Origin: an uncultured Actinomycetota bacterium
Lineage (GTDB): Bacteria; Actinomycetota; Actinomycetes; Propionibacteriales; Nocardioidaceae
Assembly: GCA_963792975.1 (NCBI GenBank)
Contig: CAWBYG010000004.1
Span: 1,914,379-1,978,378, forward strand
DNA: 64,000 bases
Direction of reading: 5' to 3'
The position numbers were made by a program, and so were the translations under genes. The notes beneath the pieces were generated by a model. That model saw nothing but the letters and a program-made list of their open reading frames with translations, was not told where the DNA came from and searched no databases. Below are positions 9,296-19,784 of this stretch, one piece after another (position 1 is the first letter of the stretch; each line of letters starts with the position of its first letter).

Positions 9296-11458
9296 ATGTC
9301 GCGGGTGACCCCCGGAACCTGGAGCCGCCGCGGCGAGACCGCCGCGGTCTGGCCCGGCCGTACCTGGCCGCTCGGCGCCGACTGGGGCGAGGAGTCGACG
9401 AACTTCGCGGTGCGGTCGCCGGAGGCGACCCGCGTCTGGGTGTGCCTGTTCGACGACGACGACGCGGAGACGCGGCACGAGCTCACCGAGGTGTCGCTGG
9501 GCATCTGGCACGGCGCGATCCCGGGCGTGGTCCCGGGCACGCGCTACGGGTACCGGGCCGACGGGCCGTGGCAGCCCGAGCTGGGCCTGCGGTTCAACGC
9601 CGACAAGCTGCTCCTCGACCCCTACGGCCGGGCGGTCAGCGGCGAGCTCGTCCATGACCCGGCGATCTTCGGCTTCGACGTGGCGGCGCCGGCGGTGCGC
9701 GACGGCCGCGACTCCGCGCCGTACGTCCCGAAGAGCGTGGTCCACCACGACGCCTTCGACTGGAATGACGACCGCCGCCCCTACACCCGCTGGCGCGACA
9801 CCGTGATCTACGAGCTGCACGTCAAGGGCATGACCGCACTCCACGACCGGGTCCCCGAGCACCTGCGTGGCACGTACGCCGGGCTGGCGGCGCCGGCGGT
9901 CATCGACTACCTGCGCGACCTCGGGGTGACGGCCGTCGAGCTGCTGCCCGTGCAGCAGTTCGTGACCGAGCCGAAGGTGATGGCGCGCGGCATGGCCAAC
10001 TACTGGGGCTACAACACCATCGGCTTCTTCGCTCCGCACCACGGCTACTCGTCGATGGGTGACCGCGGCGGGCAGGTGCGCGAGTTCAAGGAGATGGTGC
10101 GGGCGTTCCACGCCGCCGGCCTCGAGGTCATCCTCGACGTCGTCTACAACCACACCGCGGAGGGCGCGGCCGACGGGCCGACCCTGTCGTTCCGCGGCCT
10201 CGACGACCGCGGCTTCTACCACCGGGTGGACCACACCCCGCTGGGCGCGGCGTACGACGACACCTACTGGGACGTCACCGGCTGCGGCAACACCGTCGAC
10301 GCGTCGAACCCCTTCGCGCTGCGGCTGATCCTCGACTCGCTCCGCTACTGGACGACCCACATGCGCGTCGACGGCTTCCGCTTCGACCTGATGTCGGCAC
10401 TGACCCGCGTCGGCTTCGAGGTCGACATGGGCAGCCACCTGCTCACCGCCATCGGGCAGGACCCCACGCTGCGGCACGTCAAGCTGATCGCCGAGCCGTG
10501 GGACGTCTCGGCCGACGGCTATCGCGTCGGGGAGTGCCCTCCCCCGTGGGTCGAGTGGAACGACCAGTTCCGCGACACCATGCGCGACTTCTGGCGGGGC
10601 CGGTCGGCGGGCATCCGGACGGTGGCGACCCGGCTCGCCGGCTCGTCGGACCTGTACGCCGACGACGGGCGCTCGCCGTACGCCTCGGTGAACTACGTGA
10701 CCGCGCACGACGGCTTCACCCTGCGCGACACCGTCTCCTACGAGCAGAAGCACAACGCCGCGAACGGCGAGGGCAGCCGCGACGGCAGCGACGACAACCG
10801 CTCGCAGAGCTTCGGGGTCGAGGGTGAGACCGACGACGCCGAGATCGTGGCCATGCGTCGACGGGTCGCGGCCAACCTGATGATCACGCTGTGCCTGTCG
10901 AACGGGGTCCCGATGATCACCGCCGGCGACGAGCGCGGACGCACGCAGGGCGGCAACAACAACCCCTACGTGCAGGACAACGAGACGTCGTGGGTCGACT
11001 GGCGTGCGGACGACGCGTGGCTCGACGTGTACGACGTGACCAAGGCGGCGCTGCGGCTGCGTCGTGAGCATCCCGCGCTGCGACAGCGGCACTGGTTCGA
11101 GGGACGGCCGACGATCGACGGGGGTCCCAAGGACCTGGTCTGGCTGCACCCGAGCGGGGGCGAGATGACCGGTGACGACTGGGCCGACAACGCCCTGACC
11201 GTCGTCGGCATGTTCGTCACCGGCGACCCCCTGCGTTCTCCCGGCCCGCGGGGCGAGCAGCAGTGGGACAGCTCGTTCCTGATCTGGCTGAACGCCGAGG
11301 CCGAGCCGGTGGACGTCGCGATGCCGGGGGCAGGCTGGGAGCGTGCGGGCGAGGTCGTCGTGTCGACCTGCCCCGACCACCCGGTGGGTGCCATCGTCGA
11401 CCCCGGTGCGGTGCTGACGCTCGGCGGGCGCACGGTCGTGGTCCTCAGGCAGGCCTGA
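9296..11458 (+). CDS. glgX: Glycogen debranching enzyme
   Basis: WPLGA, IYELHVKG, NYWGYNT, LDVVYNHTAEG, VDGFRFDL, KLIAEPWD, TAHDGFTL. Confidence 0.96.
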   Translation: MSRVTPGTWSRRGETAAVWPGRTWPLGADWGEESTNFAVRSPEATRVWVCLFDDDDAETRHELTEVSLGIWHGAIPGVVPGTRYGYRADGPWQPELGLRFNADKLLLDPYGRAVSGELVHDPAIFGFDVAAPAVRDGRDSAPYVPKSVVHHDAFDWNDDRRPYTRWRDTVIYELHVKGMTALHDRVPEHLRGTYAGLAAPAVIDYLRDLGVTAVELLPVQQFVTEPKVMARGMANYWGYNTIGFFAPHHGYSSMGDRGGQVREFKEMVRAFHAAGLEVILDVVYNHTAEGAADGPTLSFRGLDDRGFYHRVDHTPLGAAYDDTYWDVTGCGNTVDASNPFALRLILDSLRYWTTHMRVDGFRFDLMSALTRVGFEVDMGSHLLTAIGQDPTLRHVKLIAEPWDVSADGYRVGECPPPWVEWNDQFRDTMRDFWRGRSAGIRTVATRLAGSSDLYADDGRSPYASVNYVTAHDGFTLRDTVSYEQKHNAANGEGSRDGSDDNRSQSFGVEGETDDAEIVAMRRRVAANLMITLCLSNGVPMITAGDERGRTQGGNNNPYVQDNETSWVDWRADDAWLDVYDVTKAALRLRREHPALRQRHWFEGRPTIDGGPKDLVWLHPSGGEMTGDDWADNALTVVGMFVTGDPLRSPGPRGEQQWDSSFLIWLNAEAEPVDVAMPGAGWERAGEVVVSTCPDHPVGAIVDPGAVLTLGGRTVVVLRQA

Positions 11459-11467
11459 GCCTCGGCG

Positions 11468-11494
11468 TGCAACGTCCCGCACGTGCGCGGCGTT
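11468..11494 (+). promoter_or_regulatory. Putative autoregulatory ECF promoter
   Basis: TGCAAC-N17-CGTT immediately upstream of the sigma gene. Confidence 0.55.
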
Positions 11495-11503
11495 CTGAGA
11501 AGG

Positions 11504-12010
11504 GTGACGGTGTCCGAGACACAGGAGTACGCCGAGCTGGTGGCGGCCGGCGCGCCCGCGCTGCTGCGTCTCGCCGTCATGCTCACCGGCAGCCGGGCCG
11601 AGGCCGAGGACCTGCTCCAGGCGACCCTCGTACGCACCCAGGCGCATGCCCACCGGATCCCCGCGATGGGTGCCCCCGCGGCGTACCTCCGCAAGGCGCT
11701 CGTCCATGAACACCTGTCGGGGCTGCGCCGGCTCGGGCGCCGGGTGCGCACGTCGCCGCTGGAGGGCCACGACGCCGCGAGCGACGATGATGTGGCCGGA
11801 CTCGACCGGCGCGACGCGGCCTGGCGGTTGCTGGCGAAGCTCCCACCGCGCCAGCGCGCAGTGCTGGTCCTGCGGTTCTACGAGGACCTTCCGGACCGTG
11901 ACATCGCAGCGGTGCTCGGGTGCAGCGAGCCGACCGTGCGCTCCAACGCCTCGCGTGGTCTCGCGACCCTGCGCTCCAGACTTTCCGACACCGAGGAGGC
12001 GCTCCCATGA
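11504..12010 (+). CDS. ECF RNA polymerase sigma factor (SigE-like)
   Basis: LTGSRAEAEDLLQ (region 2); LPPRQRAVLVLRFYEDL...IAAVLGCSEPTVRS (region 4). Confidence 0.92.
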   Translation: MTVSETQEYAELVAAGAPALLRLAVMLTGSRAEAEDLLQATLVRTQAHAHRIPAMGAPAAYLRKALVHEHLSGLRRLGRRVRTSPLEGHDAASDDDVAGLDRRDAAWRLLAKLPPRQRAVLVLRFYEDLPDRDIAAVLGCSEPTVRSNASRGLATLRSRLSDTEEALP

Positions 12011-13086
12011 CCCAGCTGACCGACGACGAGCTCGGGGCCCTGCTGTCCGAGACGTTCATCGCGCACGAGCATCTGGCCGAGCCCGACCGGGCACGCGCCC
12101 TGGCCGCCGAGCCGCGGGCGCCCCGGGTCCGGCGGGGTCCCGTACTGCTCGCGGCCGCGGCCTCCGTCGCGCTCGTCGCCGGCGGTACGACGTACCTCGT
12201 GACGCAGCGCGGCGAAAGCCCACCGATCGGCGGGCCGAGCCGGACGACCAGCGCGACGCCGTCGGCGGCGCCCTTCCCGCCCGTCCAGCCCCTCCAGCTC
12301 GCCGGCGTCACCCGGAAGGACGCCAGGGCGGCGGCCAAGCGCGTGATCGCCCGGGTGGCGGTCTTCGCCGGTGCCCACGAGACCGACGCGTCCGGCGTAC
12401 CGGAGCTGACGGGACCGGACCAGACGAGCAGCCCCGCGCACTACACCGTGACCCGATCGCGGTGGTGGACCGTCTCCGGGACCACGCCCCAGGCGGTCGC
12501 CCACTGGTACGCCGCGCACCCGACCCGCGGGTTCGTCTCCGACGGAGGCGTCGGCAGCATGTCGGGTAGCAACAGCCCCACGATCGAGTTCGTCGACTTC
12601 CACCGGCGTGGGGCACCCGACCAGATCGTCACTCCGTTCGGCGTGACCGTCCACCTCGAGACCACGACCACCGCGGCCGGGGTCGGGATCCGCGCCACGG
12701 TCGACTCCGTGTGGTCACCGCCGCGAGCCGCGTCGTCGTACGCGACGGACGTGACCTCGATCGACGTACGACGTACGACGACGCGCTACTTCCGCCACGT
12801 CCGCACGACTCAGCACAGCTGGACGATCACCGACCCGACACAGGTCGCCGAGGTCGTCACGGTCTACAACGGTCTCCAGGGCCAGCCGCCGGTGATCCTT
12901 AGCTGTCCCGTCATGAGGAAGGTCGTGGAGTACCGCCTCGTCCTCCACTCCCCCCACGGCGACCTGGTGGCGAACGCCGACACGGGCTGCCCCGCGGGCG
13001 TCAGCGTGAGCCGGAACGGCAGGCAGCTCCCGCCGGCCCTGGCCGATCCCGAATCCCTCATCACCGCCCTCGACGCAGCCCGCTGA
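12007..13086 (+). CDS. Membrane-anchored protein, probable anti-sigma partner
   Basis: ATGA overlap with the sigma gene; short cytoplasmic N-terminus, one TM (LLAAAASVALVAGG), large outer domain with a Cys pair. Confidence 0.7.
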   Translation: MTQLTDDELGALLSETFIAHEHLAEPDRARALAAEPRAPRVRRGPVLLAAAASVALVAGGTTYLVTQRGESPPIGGPSRTTSATPSAAPFPPVQPLQLAGVTRKDARAAAKRVIARVAVFAGAHETDASGVPELTGPDQTSSPAHYTVTRSRWWTVSGTTPQAVAHWYAAHPTRGFVSDGGVGSMSGSNSPTIEFVDFHRRGAPDQIVTPFGVTVHLETTTTAAGVGIRATVDSVWSPPRAASSYATDVTSIDVRRTTTRYFRHVRTTQHSWTITDPTQVAEVVTVYNGLQGQPPVILSCPVMRKVVEYRLVLHSPHGDLVANADTGCPAGVSVSRNGRQLPPALADPESLITALDAAR

Positions 13087-13089
13087 TTT

Positions 13090-13211
13090 CGCCGAGTCGG
13101 CATGTGACGACTGAGTGCGCGCTCACTCGTCGCATGACGACTCGGCGCGTTCTCGACGCCTGTTTGCGCCGACTCGGCGCGTTCCGGACGCCTCTTTGCG
13201 CCGACTCGGCG
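13090..13211. repeat. REP-like family C: long hairpin plus two 32-bp tandem units
   Basis: Hairpin CGCCGAGTCG...CGACTCGGCG (13090-13147), then two units CGTTC..GACGCCT.TTTGCGCCGACTCGGCG; lies between convergent genes. Confidence 0.8.
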
Positions 13212-15791
13212 TTACGGCAGGGCGACCAGGCCCATCTCGGAGACCGAGGCCAGCACGCTGTGCCTCGGCACGATCCGGACGGTGTAGCCGAAGGCGCCAC
13301 CGCGCTGGAGCTCCACCTCGCCGTCGAAGCGGAACCGGCCACCGTCGTAGCTGTCGGCCAGCACGAGCTCGGTGACGCGGGTGTCGACGATGTCGTCGTC
13401 GCCGTCGATGACACCGTGCACCACCTCGACGGCCACGTCGTCGGGGGTGAGCGAGCCCAGCGCGACGAAGGCGCGGACGGTCAGCGTCGTCCCGACCTCG
13501 GGGTTGTCACCGACGCCGTGGCTCTCGACGTGCTCGACGCGTACGTCGTCCCAGCCGGCGCGCACCTCCTTCTTCCACCTGGCGAGCTCGGTGGCCCCCT
13601 TGTAGTCGGAGTTGAGCGTGCGCCCGGTCACCGCGGCCGGGGTGTAGAGCTGGCGGACGTAGTCGCGCACCATCCGGGTCGCCAGCACCTTGGGGCCGAG
13701 GGACTTCAGGGTGTGCCGGACCATCTCGATCCAGCGCCCCGGGACGCCGTCGTGGTCGACGTCGTAGAAGCGCGGGGCGATGTCCTTCTCGATCAGGTCG
13801 TAGAGCGCGCTCGCCTCGAGGTCGTCGCGCCGGTCGGGGTCGTCGATACCGTCGGCGGAGGGGATCGCCCAGCCGTTGGAGCCGTCGTACCACTCGTCCC
13901 ACCAGCCGTCGAGGATCGAGAGGTTGAGGCCGCCGTTGAGCGCCGCCTTCATGCCGGAGGTGCCGCACGCCTCGTAGGGGCGCAACGGGTTGTTCAGCCA
14001 CACGTCGCAGCCGGGGTAGAGCGGCTGGGCCATCGCGATGTCGTAGTTGGGCAGGAAGACGATGCGGTGCCGCACCTCGGGATCGTCGGCGAAGCGGACC
14101 AGCTCCTGGATCAGCTTCTTGCCGCCGTCGTCGGCGGGGTGCGCCTTGCCGGCGATCACCAGCTGCACCGGCCGCTCCGGGTGGAGCAGCAGGCGCTTGA
14201 GCCGCTCGGGCTCGCGCAGCATCAACGTCAGCCGCTTGTACGACGGCACGCGCCGCGCGAAGCCGATGGTCAGCACATCGGCGTCGAGCGCGTCGTCCAC
14301 CCACGTCAGCTCGGCCGCGGCGTTGCCCCGCTCCTTGCTCGACTTGCGCAACCGGCGGCGTGCGTCGTGGACCAGCCGCTCGCGGAGCATCCGCTTGGCC
14401 GACCAGAGCTCGGCGGACGGGATCTGGTCGACGGCCGCCCAGAACGAGTCGGCGTCGTCGGAGTCACCGTCGGCGCCGTGCCGCTCGGCGAGGTCGAAGA
14501 CCTCGCGCCCGACCCAGGTGGGCGCGTGCACGCCGTTGGTGATCGAGGTGATCGGCACCTCGGCCTCGTCGAACGCCGGCCACAGGCCGTGGAACATCTC
14601 GCGGCTGACGTGCCCGTGCAGCTGGGACACGCCGTTCGCACGCTGGGAGAGCCGGAAGCCCATCACCGCCATGTTGAACACGGTCGGGTCTCCCCCGGCG
14701 TAGTCCTCGGAGCCGAGAGCGAGGATCCGCTCGATCGGGATGCCGTTGAGCGGACCGGCGGAGCCGAAGTACTGCTCCATGAGCTCACGGGAGAAGCGGT
14801 CGATGCCGGCCGGCACCGGGGTGTGCGTGGTGAAGACGGTCGACGCGCGGGAGACCTCGAGCGCAGTGTCGAAGTCGAGCTTCGGCCCGGACTCCTCCGA
14901 CGTCAGCTCGCGGATCCGCTCGAGGCCGAGGAACCCGGCGTGGCCCTCGTTGGTGTGGAAGACCTCGGGCTCGCTGGTCCCGGTGAGGCGTGCGTGCGCT
15001 CGCAGCGCGCGGACCCCGCCGATGCCGAGCAGGATCTCCTGACGCAGCCGGTGCTCGGAGGTGCCGCCGTACAGCCGGTCGGTCACCTCGCGGTAGTGGT
15101 CGGGGTTGCCCTCGACGTCGGAGTCGAGCAGCAGCAGGGGCACCCGGCCGACCTGGGCGACCCAGATCTTCGCGAGCAGCTCCGGCCCGTCGGGCTGCGC
15201 GATCGAGATCGTCGCCCGCTCGCCGCTCGGCTCGCGCAACAGCCTGATCGGCAGCTCGTCCGGGTCGAGGACGGGATACTGCTCGAGCTGCCAGCCCTCG
15301 TGCGAGAGCGACTGCTTGAAGTACCCGGCGTGGTAGAGCAGTCCGACGCCCACCAGCGGTACGCCGAGATCGCTCGCGGCCTTGAGGTGGTCACCGGCGA
15401 GGATGCCGAGACCCCCGGAGTACTGCGGGAGAGCGGCGGCGATCCCGAACTCCGGGGAGAAGTAGGCGATCCGGGTCGGCGCCTCGGCTCCGGCCCTGCG
15501 GGTGTACCACCGCTCGCCACCGAGATAGGCGTCGAGGTCGGCCTTGGCCGCGCCGAGCCGGTCGAGGAAGCCCTGGTCGGACGCAAGCGCCTCGAGCCGC
15601 GACGGGCTCACCGCGCCGAGCAGCCGCACCGGGTCGTGCTTGGTGGCCTCCCAGGTCTCGTCGTCCACCTCCGCGAAGACGTCCTGGGTCGGCGGGTGCC
15701 ACGACCACCGCAGGTTGCCGGCCAGATCGCCGAGGCTGGAGAGGGCCGGCGGGAGCACCGGACGGACCGTGAAACGTCGGATCGCACGCAC
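13212..15791 (-). CDS. glgP: Alpha-glucan (glycogen) phosphorylase
   Basis: VRAIRRFTV start, AYFSPEFG, YSGGLGILAGDHLK, EACGTSGMKA. Confidence 0.96.
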   Translation of the reverse strand: MRAIRRFTVRPVLPPALSSLGDLAGNLRWSWHPPTQDVFAEVDDETWEATKHDPVRLLGAVSPSRLEALASDQGFLDRLGAAKADLDAYLGGERWYTRRAGAEAPTRIAYFSPEFGIAAALPQYSGGLGILAGDHLKAASDLGVPLVGVGLLYHAGYFKQSLSHEGWQLEQYPVLDPDELPIRLLREPSGERATISIAQPDGPELLAKIWVAQVGRVPLLLLDSDVEGNPDHYREVTDRLYGGTSEHRLRQEILLGIGGVRALRAHARLTGTSEPEVFHTNEGHAGFLGLERIRELTSEESGPKLDFDTALEVSRASTVFTTHTPVPAGIDRFSRELMEQYFGSAGPLNGIPIERILALGSEDYAGGDPTVFNMAVMGFRLSQRANGVSQLHGHVSREMFHGLWPAFDEAEVPITSITNGVHAPTWVGREVFDLAERHGADGDSDDADSFWAAVDQIPSAELWSAKRMLRERLVHDARRRLRKSSKERGNAAAELTWVDDALDADVLTIGFARRVPSYKRLTLMLREPERLKRLLLHPERPVQLVIAGKAHPADDGGKKLIQELVRFADDPEVRHRIVFLPNYDIAMAQPLYPGCDVWLNNPLRPYEACGTSGMKAALNGGLNLSILDGWWDEWYDGSNGWAIPSADGIDDPDRRDDLEASALYDLIEKDIAPRFYDVDHDGVPGRWIEMVRHTLKSLGPKVLATRMVRDYVRQLYTPAAVTGRTLNSDYKGATELARWKKEVRAGWDDVRVEHVESHGVGDNPEVGTTLTVRAFVALGSLTPDDVAVEVVHGVIDGDDDIVDTRVTELVLADSYDGGRFRFDGEVELQRGGAFGYTVRIVPRHSVLASVSEMGLVALP

Positions 15792-15927
15792 AGAGGGACG
15801 GTAGCCGAGTTTGAGTGGATCGTTCCAATTTGCCGGAGTCGGGCGTTTTTCACCCGCAGCGGCTGGGAACGGCGCCCAGTGGACACTCATGTTGCGTGTG
15901 CGGTAGCGATTCGGAAGGGTGACGAGC

Positions 15928-17913
15928 ATGGTCGGTCGCATCCCCGTCGTGGACGTCATGCCCCTGGTCGACCTCGGGCGCCTGCCCGCCAAGGCCACGG
16001 TGGGCGAGCCGTTGCCGGTCACCGCGACCGTCTTCCGCGAGGGCCACGACCAGCTCGGCGCCGAGGCGGTGCTCGTGGCACCCGACGGTTCGCGTCGCGA
16101 CCCGGTCCGGATGCGGCCCGAGGGTGACGAGCCCGACCGGTACGCAGCGTGGGTCACCCCCGACGCCGAAGGGGCGTGGACCTTCGAGATCCATGCCTGG
16201 TCCGACCTCCTCGCCACCTGGGAGCACGACGCGGGGCTGAAGATCCCGGCCGGCGTCGACGTCGAGCTGATGTTCACCACGGGCGCGTTGCTGCTCGACC
16301 GGGTCGCCGGGGGTCTCGACGAGCTCGACCAACAGGAGCTGGCGGTGGTGCGCGGCGCCGCCTCGGCCGCCCGTGACGCCACGCGCCCGGTCCAGGCGCG
16401 ACTCGCCGCGCTGCAGGCACCCGAGCTCGGGATCGTCCTCGCTGCCCATCCCCTTCGCGAGCTGGTCACGATCGCCGGCCCCTACCCGCTGTACGCCGAC
16501 CGGCCGCGCGCGCTGTTCAGCAGCTGGTACGAGCTCTTCCCGCGGTCGGAGGGCGCGTCGTACGACGAGAAGACCGGCCAGGTGGTCAGCGGCACGTTCC
16601 GCACCGCGGCGCAGCGCCTCGACGCAGTGGCGGCGATGGGCTTCGACGTGGTCTACCTGCCGCCGATCCACCCCATCGGCGAGGTCAACCGCAAGGGCCC
16701 GAACAACACGATGGATCCCGGCCCCGACGACCCCGGCTCGCCGTGGGCGATCGGCAGCAAGGACGGCGGGCACGACGCGATCCACCCGGCTCTCGGCACC
16801 CTCGCCGACTTCGACGCGTTCGTGGCGAAGGCCCGGGCCGTGGGCCTCGAGGTGGCGATCGACCTGGCGCTGCAGTGCGCCCCCGACCACCCGTGGGTCA
16901 CCAGCCACCCCGAGTGGTTCACCACGCAGGCCGACGGCAGCATCGCCTACGCCGAGAACCCGCCGAAGAAGTATCAGGACATCTACCCGATGAACTTCGA
17001 CAACGACCCGAACGGCATCTGCCGAGAGGTGCTCCGCGTCGTCCGGCACTGGATGAGCCACGGCGTCCGGATCTTCCGCGTCGACAACCCCCACACCAAG
17101 CCGGTGGCGTTCTGGGAGTGGCTGCTACGCGAGATCCGCCGGACCGACCCCGACGTGCTGTTCCTCGCCGAGGCGTTCACCCGGCCGGCGATGATGCGGA
17201 CCCTCGGCGCGGTCGGGTTCCACCAGAGCTACACCTACTTCACCTGGCGCACCGCGAAGTGGGAGATCGAGGACTACCTCCGCGAGGTGAGCCGCGAGAC
17301 CGACCACCTGATGAGGCCCAACTTCTTCGTGAACACCCCCGACATCCTGCACGCCTACCTGCAGTACGGCGGCCCGGCGGCGTTCAAGGTCCGCGCCGTG
17401 CTCGCCGCCACCGGCTCCCCGAGCTGGGGGGTCTACGCCGGCTACGAGCTCTACGAGCACGTCGCCGTGCGGCCCGGCAGCGAGGAGTACCTCGACTCGG
17501 AGAAGTACCAGATCCGGGTGCGCGACTGGGCCGGGGCCGAGACCGAGGGCCGCACGCTCGCGCCGTACCTCACGAAGCTCAACGCCGTACGCCGTGCCCA
17601 CCCGGCCCTGCAGCAGCTGCGCAACGTCGTGATCCACTCCAGCGACGACGAGAACATCCTGGTGTTCAGCAAGCAGACCGACGGGACCGACGCGGACGAC
17701 CTCGTGATCGTCGTGGTCAACCTCGACCCGCACGGCGCGCGCGAGACGGTGGTGCATCTCGACCTGCCGGCCCTCGGTCTGGGGTGGCACGACAGCCTCG
17801 CCGTCCACGACGAGATCACCGGTCAGGACTGGCACTGGGGCCAGCACAACTACGTCCGGCTCGACCCCGGTACCGAGCCGGCCCACCTGTTGACCGTGCG
17901 GAGGACAGCGTGA
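15928..17913 (+). CDS. glgE: Maltose-1-phosphate maltosyltransferase
   Basis: [49 protein letters not shown]. Confidence 0.96.
   Translation: MVGRIPVVDVMPLVDLGRLPAKATVGEPLPVTATVFREGHDQLGAEAVLVAPDGSRRDPVRMRPEGDEPDRYAAWVTPDAEGAWTFEIHAWSDLLATWEHDAGLKIPAGVDVELMFTTGALLLDRVAGGLDELDQQELAVVRGAASAARDATRPVQARLAALQAPELGIVLAAHPLRELVTIAGPYPLYADRPRALFSSWYELFPRSEGASYDEKTGQVVSGTFRTAAQRLDAVAAMGFDVVYLPPIHPIGEVNRKGPNNTMDPGPDDPGSPWAIGSKDGGHDAIHPALGTLADFDAFVAKARAVGLEVAIDLALQCAPDHPWVTSHPEWFTTQADGSIAYAENPPKKYQDIYPMNFDNDPNGICREVLRVVRHWMSHGVRIFRVDNPHTKPVAFWEWLLREIRRTDPDVLFLAEAFTRPAMMRTLGAVGFHQSYTYFTWRTAKWEIEDYLREVSRETDHLMRPNFFVNTPDILHAYLQYGGPAAFKVRAVLAATGSPSWGVYAGYELYEHVAVRPGSEEYLDSEKYQIRVRDWAGAETEGRTLAPYLTKLNAVRRAHPALQQLRNVVIHSSDDENILVFSKQTDGTDADDLVIVVVNLDPHGARETVVHLDLPALGLGWHDSLAVHDEITGQDWHWGQHNYVRLDPGTEPAHLLTVRRTA
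16312..16330 (+). repeat. Single REP family A copy inside glgE
   Basis: GGTCTCGACGAGCTCGACC, read as GLDELD; 17/19 match to consensus. Confidence 0.65.
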
Positions 17914-19784
17914 GCGAGGTCTCGACAAGCTCGACCCACGGCGACACGGGCTCGACCCACGGCGACACGGGCTCGACCCACGGCGACACGGGCTCGACCC
18001 ACGGCGACACGGGCTCGACCCACGGCGACACGGGCTCGACCAGTGCTGACGACGAGGTCAACGAGAGCACCATCGTCGGCTCGACGGCCGAGCAGCAGAC
18101 GCCGGACTGGTTCAAGACCGCGGTCTTCTACGAGGTACTGGTGCGCTCCTTCCGCGACTCCAACGGAGACGGCACCGGCGACTTCCGCGGCCTCATCGAG
18201 AAGCTGGACTACCTCCAGTGGCTCGGCATCGACTGCCTGTGGGTGCCACCGTTCTTCACGTCGCCGCTGCGCGACGGCGGCTACGACATCGCAGACTTCA
18301 CGTCGATCCTCCCCGAGTGCGGCACGGTCGACGACTTCCGCGACTTCGTCGAGGCCGCCCACCAGCGGGGCATGCGGGTGATCATCGACTTCGTCATGAA
18401 CCACACCAGTGACGCCCACCCGTGGTTCCAGGCGTCCCGGAGCGACCCGGAGGGACCGTACGGCGACTTCTACGTCTGGTCCGACACCGACGACCTGTAC
18501 GAGGACGCCCGCGTCATCTTCGTCGACACCGAGCCCTCGAACTGGACCTGGGACCCCGTCCGGCAGCAGTACTTCTGGCACCGGTTCTTCTCCCACCAGC
18601 CCGACCTCAACTACGACAACCCGAAGGTCCAGGAGGCGATGCTCGAGGCCATGTCGTTCTGGCTCGACATTGGCCTCGACGGGTTCCGGCTCGATGCCGT
18701 GCCCTACCTCTTCGAGCGTCCCGGCACCAACGGCGAGAACCTCGCCGAGACCCACGAGATGCTGCGCCGCGTCCGCAGCTTCGTCGACGAGCACTACCCC
18801 GGGCGGGTCCTCCTCGCCGAGGCCAACCAGTGGCCGGCCGACGTCGTCGACTACTTCGGCGGCGTCGAGACGGAGTCCGGCGACTGGGTAGGCACCGAGT
18901 GCCACATGTGCTTCCACTTCCCGGTGATGCCCCGCATCTTCATGGCGGTCCGCCGCGAGTCGCGCTTCCCGATCTCGGAGATCATGGAGCAGACCCCGCC
19001 GATCCCCGACGGCTGCCAGTGGGGCATCTTCCTGCGCAACCACGACGAGCTGACCCTCGAGATGGTCACCGACGAGGACCGCGACTACATGTGGGACGAG
19101 TACGCCAAGGACCCCCGCATGAAGGCCAACATCGGCATCCGCCGTCGGCTCGCCCCTCTGCTCGACAACGACGTCAACCGCATGGAGCTGTTCAGCGCCC
19201 TACTGCTCTCCCTGCCCGGCAGCCCCGTCCTCTACTACGGCGACGAGATCGGGATGGGCGACAACATCTGGCTCGGTGACCGCGACGGCGTCCGTACGCC
19301 GATGCAGTGGACGCCCGACCGCAACGCCGGCTTCTCGTCCGCGACCCCGGGCAAGCTCCACCTGCCCGCGATCCAGGACCCGGTCTACGGCTACCAGAGC
19401 GTCAACGTCGAGGCCCAGCTCGAGGACTCCTCCTCGCTGCTGCAGTGGACGCGGCGGATGATCCACGCCCGCCGCAGCCACTCGGCGTTCGGGCTCGGCG
19501 CGTTCCTCGACCTCGGAGGCACCAACCCGTCGGTGCTGTCCTACGCCCGCGAGCTCGGGGAGGACGGCAGCTCCGACGTCATCGTGTGCGTCAACAACCT
19601 GTCCCGCTTCGCCCAACCGGTGGAGCTCGACCTGCGGCGGTGGGAGGGCTTCGTCCCGGTAGAGCTCCTCGGCCGTGTCCCGTTCCCGGCGATCGGGGAG
19701 CTGCCGTATCTCCTGACCCTCGGTGGGTACGGGTTCTACTGGTTCCGGCTGACTGCCCCGCCCGAGGAGGCCACAGCCCCATGA
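17910..19784 (+). CDS. treS: Trehalose synthase with repeat-derived N-terminal extension
   Basis: [40 protein letters not shown]; GTGA overlap with glgE and GGAGGA RBS. Confidence 0.96.
   Translation: MSEVSTSSTHGDTGSTHGDTGSTHGDTGSTHGDTGSTHGDTGSTSADDEVNESTIVGSTAEQQTPDWFKTAVFYEVLVRSFRDSNGDGTGDFRGLIEKLDYLQWLGIDCLWVPPFFTSPLRDGGYDIADFTSILPECGTVDDFRDFVEAAHQRGMRVIIDFVMNHTSDAHPWFQASRSDPEGPYGDFYVWSDTDDLYEDARVIFVDTEPSNWTWDPVRQQYFWHRFFSHQPDLNYDNPKVQEAMLEAMSFWLDIGLDGFRLDAVPYLFERPGTNGENLAETHEMLRRVRSFVDEHYPGRVLLAEANQWPADVVDYFGGVETESGDWVGTECHMCFHFPVMPRIFMAVRRESRFPISEIMEQTPPIPDGCQWGIFLRNHDELTLEMVTDEDRDYMWDEYAKDPRMKANIGIRRRLAPLLDNDVNRMELFSALLLSLPGSPVLYYGDEIGMGDNIWLGDRDGVRTPMQWTPDRNAGFSSATPGKLHLPAIQDPVYGYQSVNVEAQLEDSSSLLQWTRRMIHARRSHSAFGLGAFLDLGGTNPSVLSYARELGEDGSSDVIVCVNNLSRFAQPVELDLRRWEGFVPVELLGRVPFPAIGELPYLLTLGGYGFYWFRLTAPPEEATAP
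17918..18041 (+). repeat. REP family A plus 21-bp tandem array inside treS
   Basis: GGTCTCGACAAGCTCGACC then units GGCTCGACCCACGGCGACACG, encoding VSTS(STHGDTG)x5-STS. Confidence 0.93.

Noticed and set aside
13104-16127. Long antisense ORFs (this 1007 aa one; also 39398-42643, 9281-11770, 21160-23565, 46953-49496)
   Set aside because: Shadow frames of high-GC genes on the opposite strand, with no motifs.
16743-17909. 1013-aa TreS with a long N-terminal domain
   Set aside because: The upstream part overlaps glgE out of frame; the GTG at 17910 has an RBS and a stop-start overlap.
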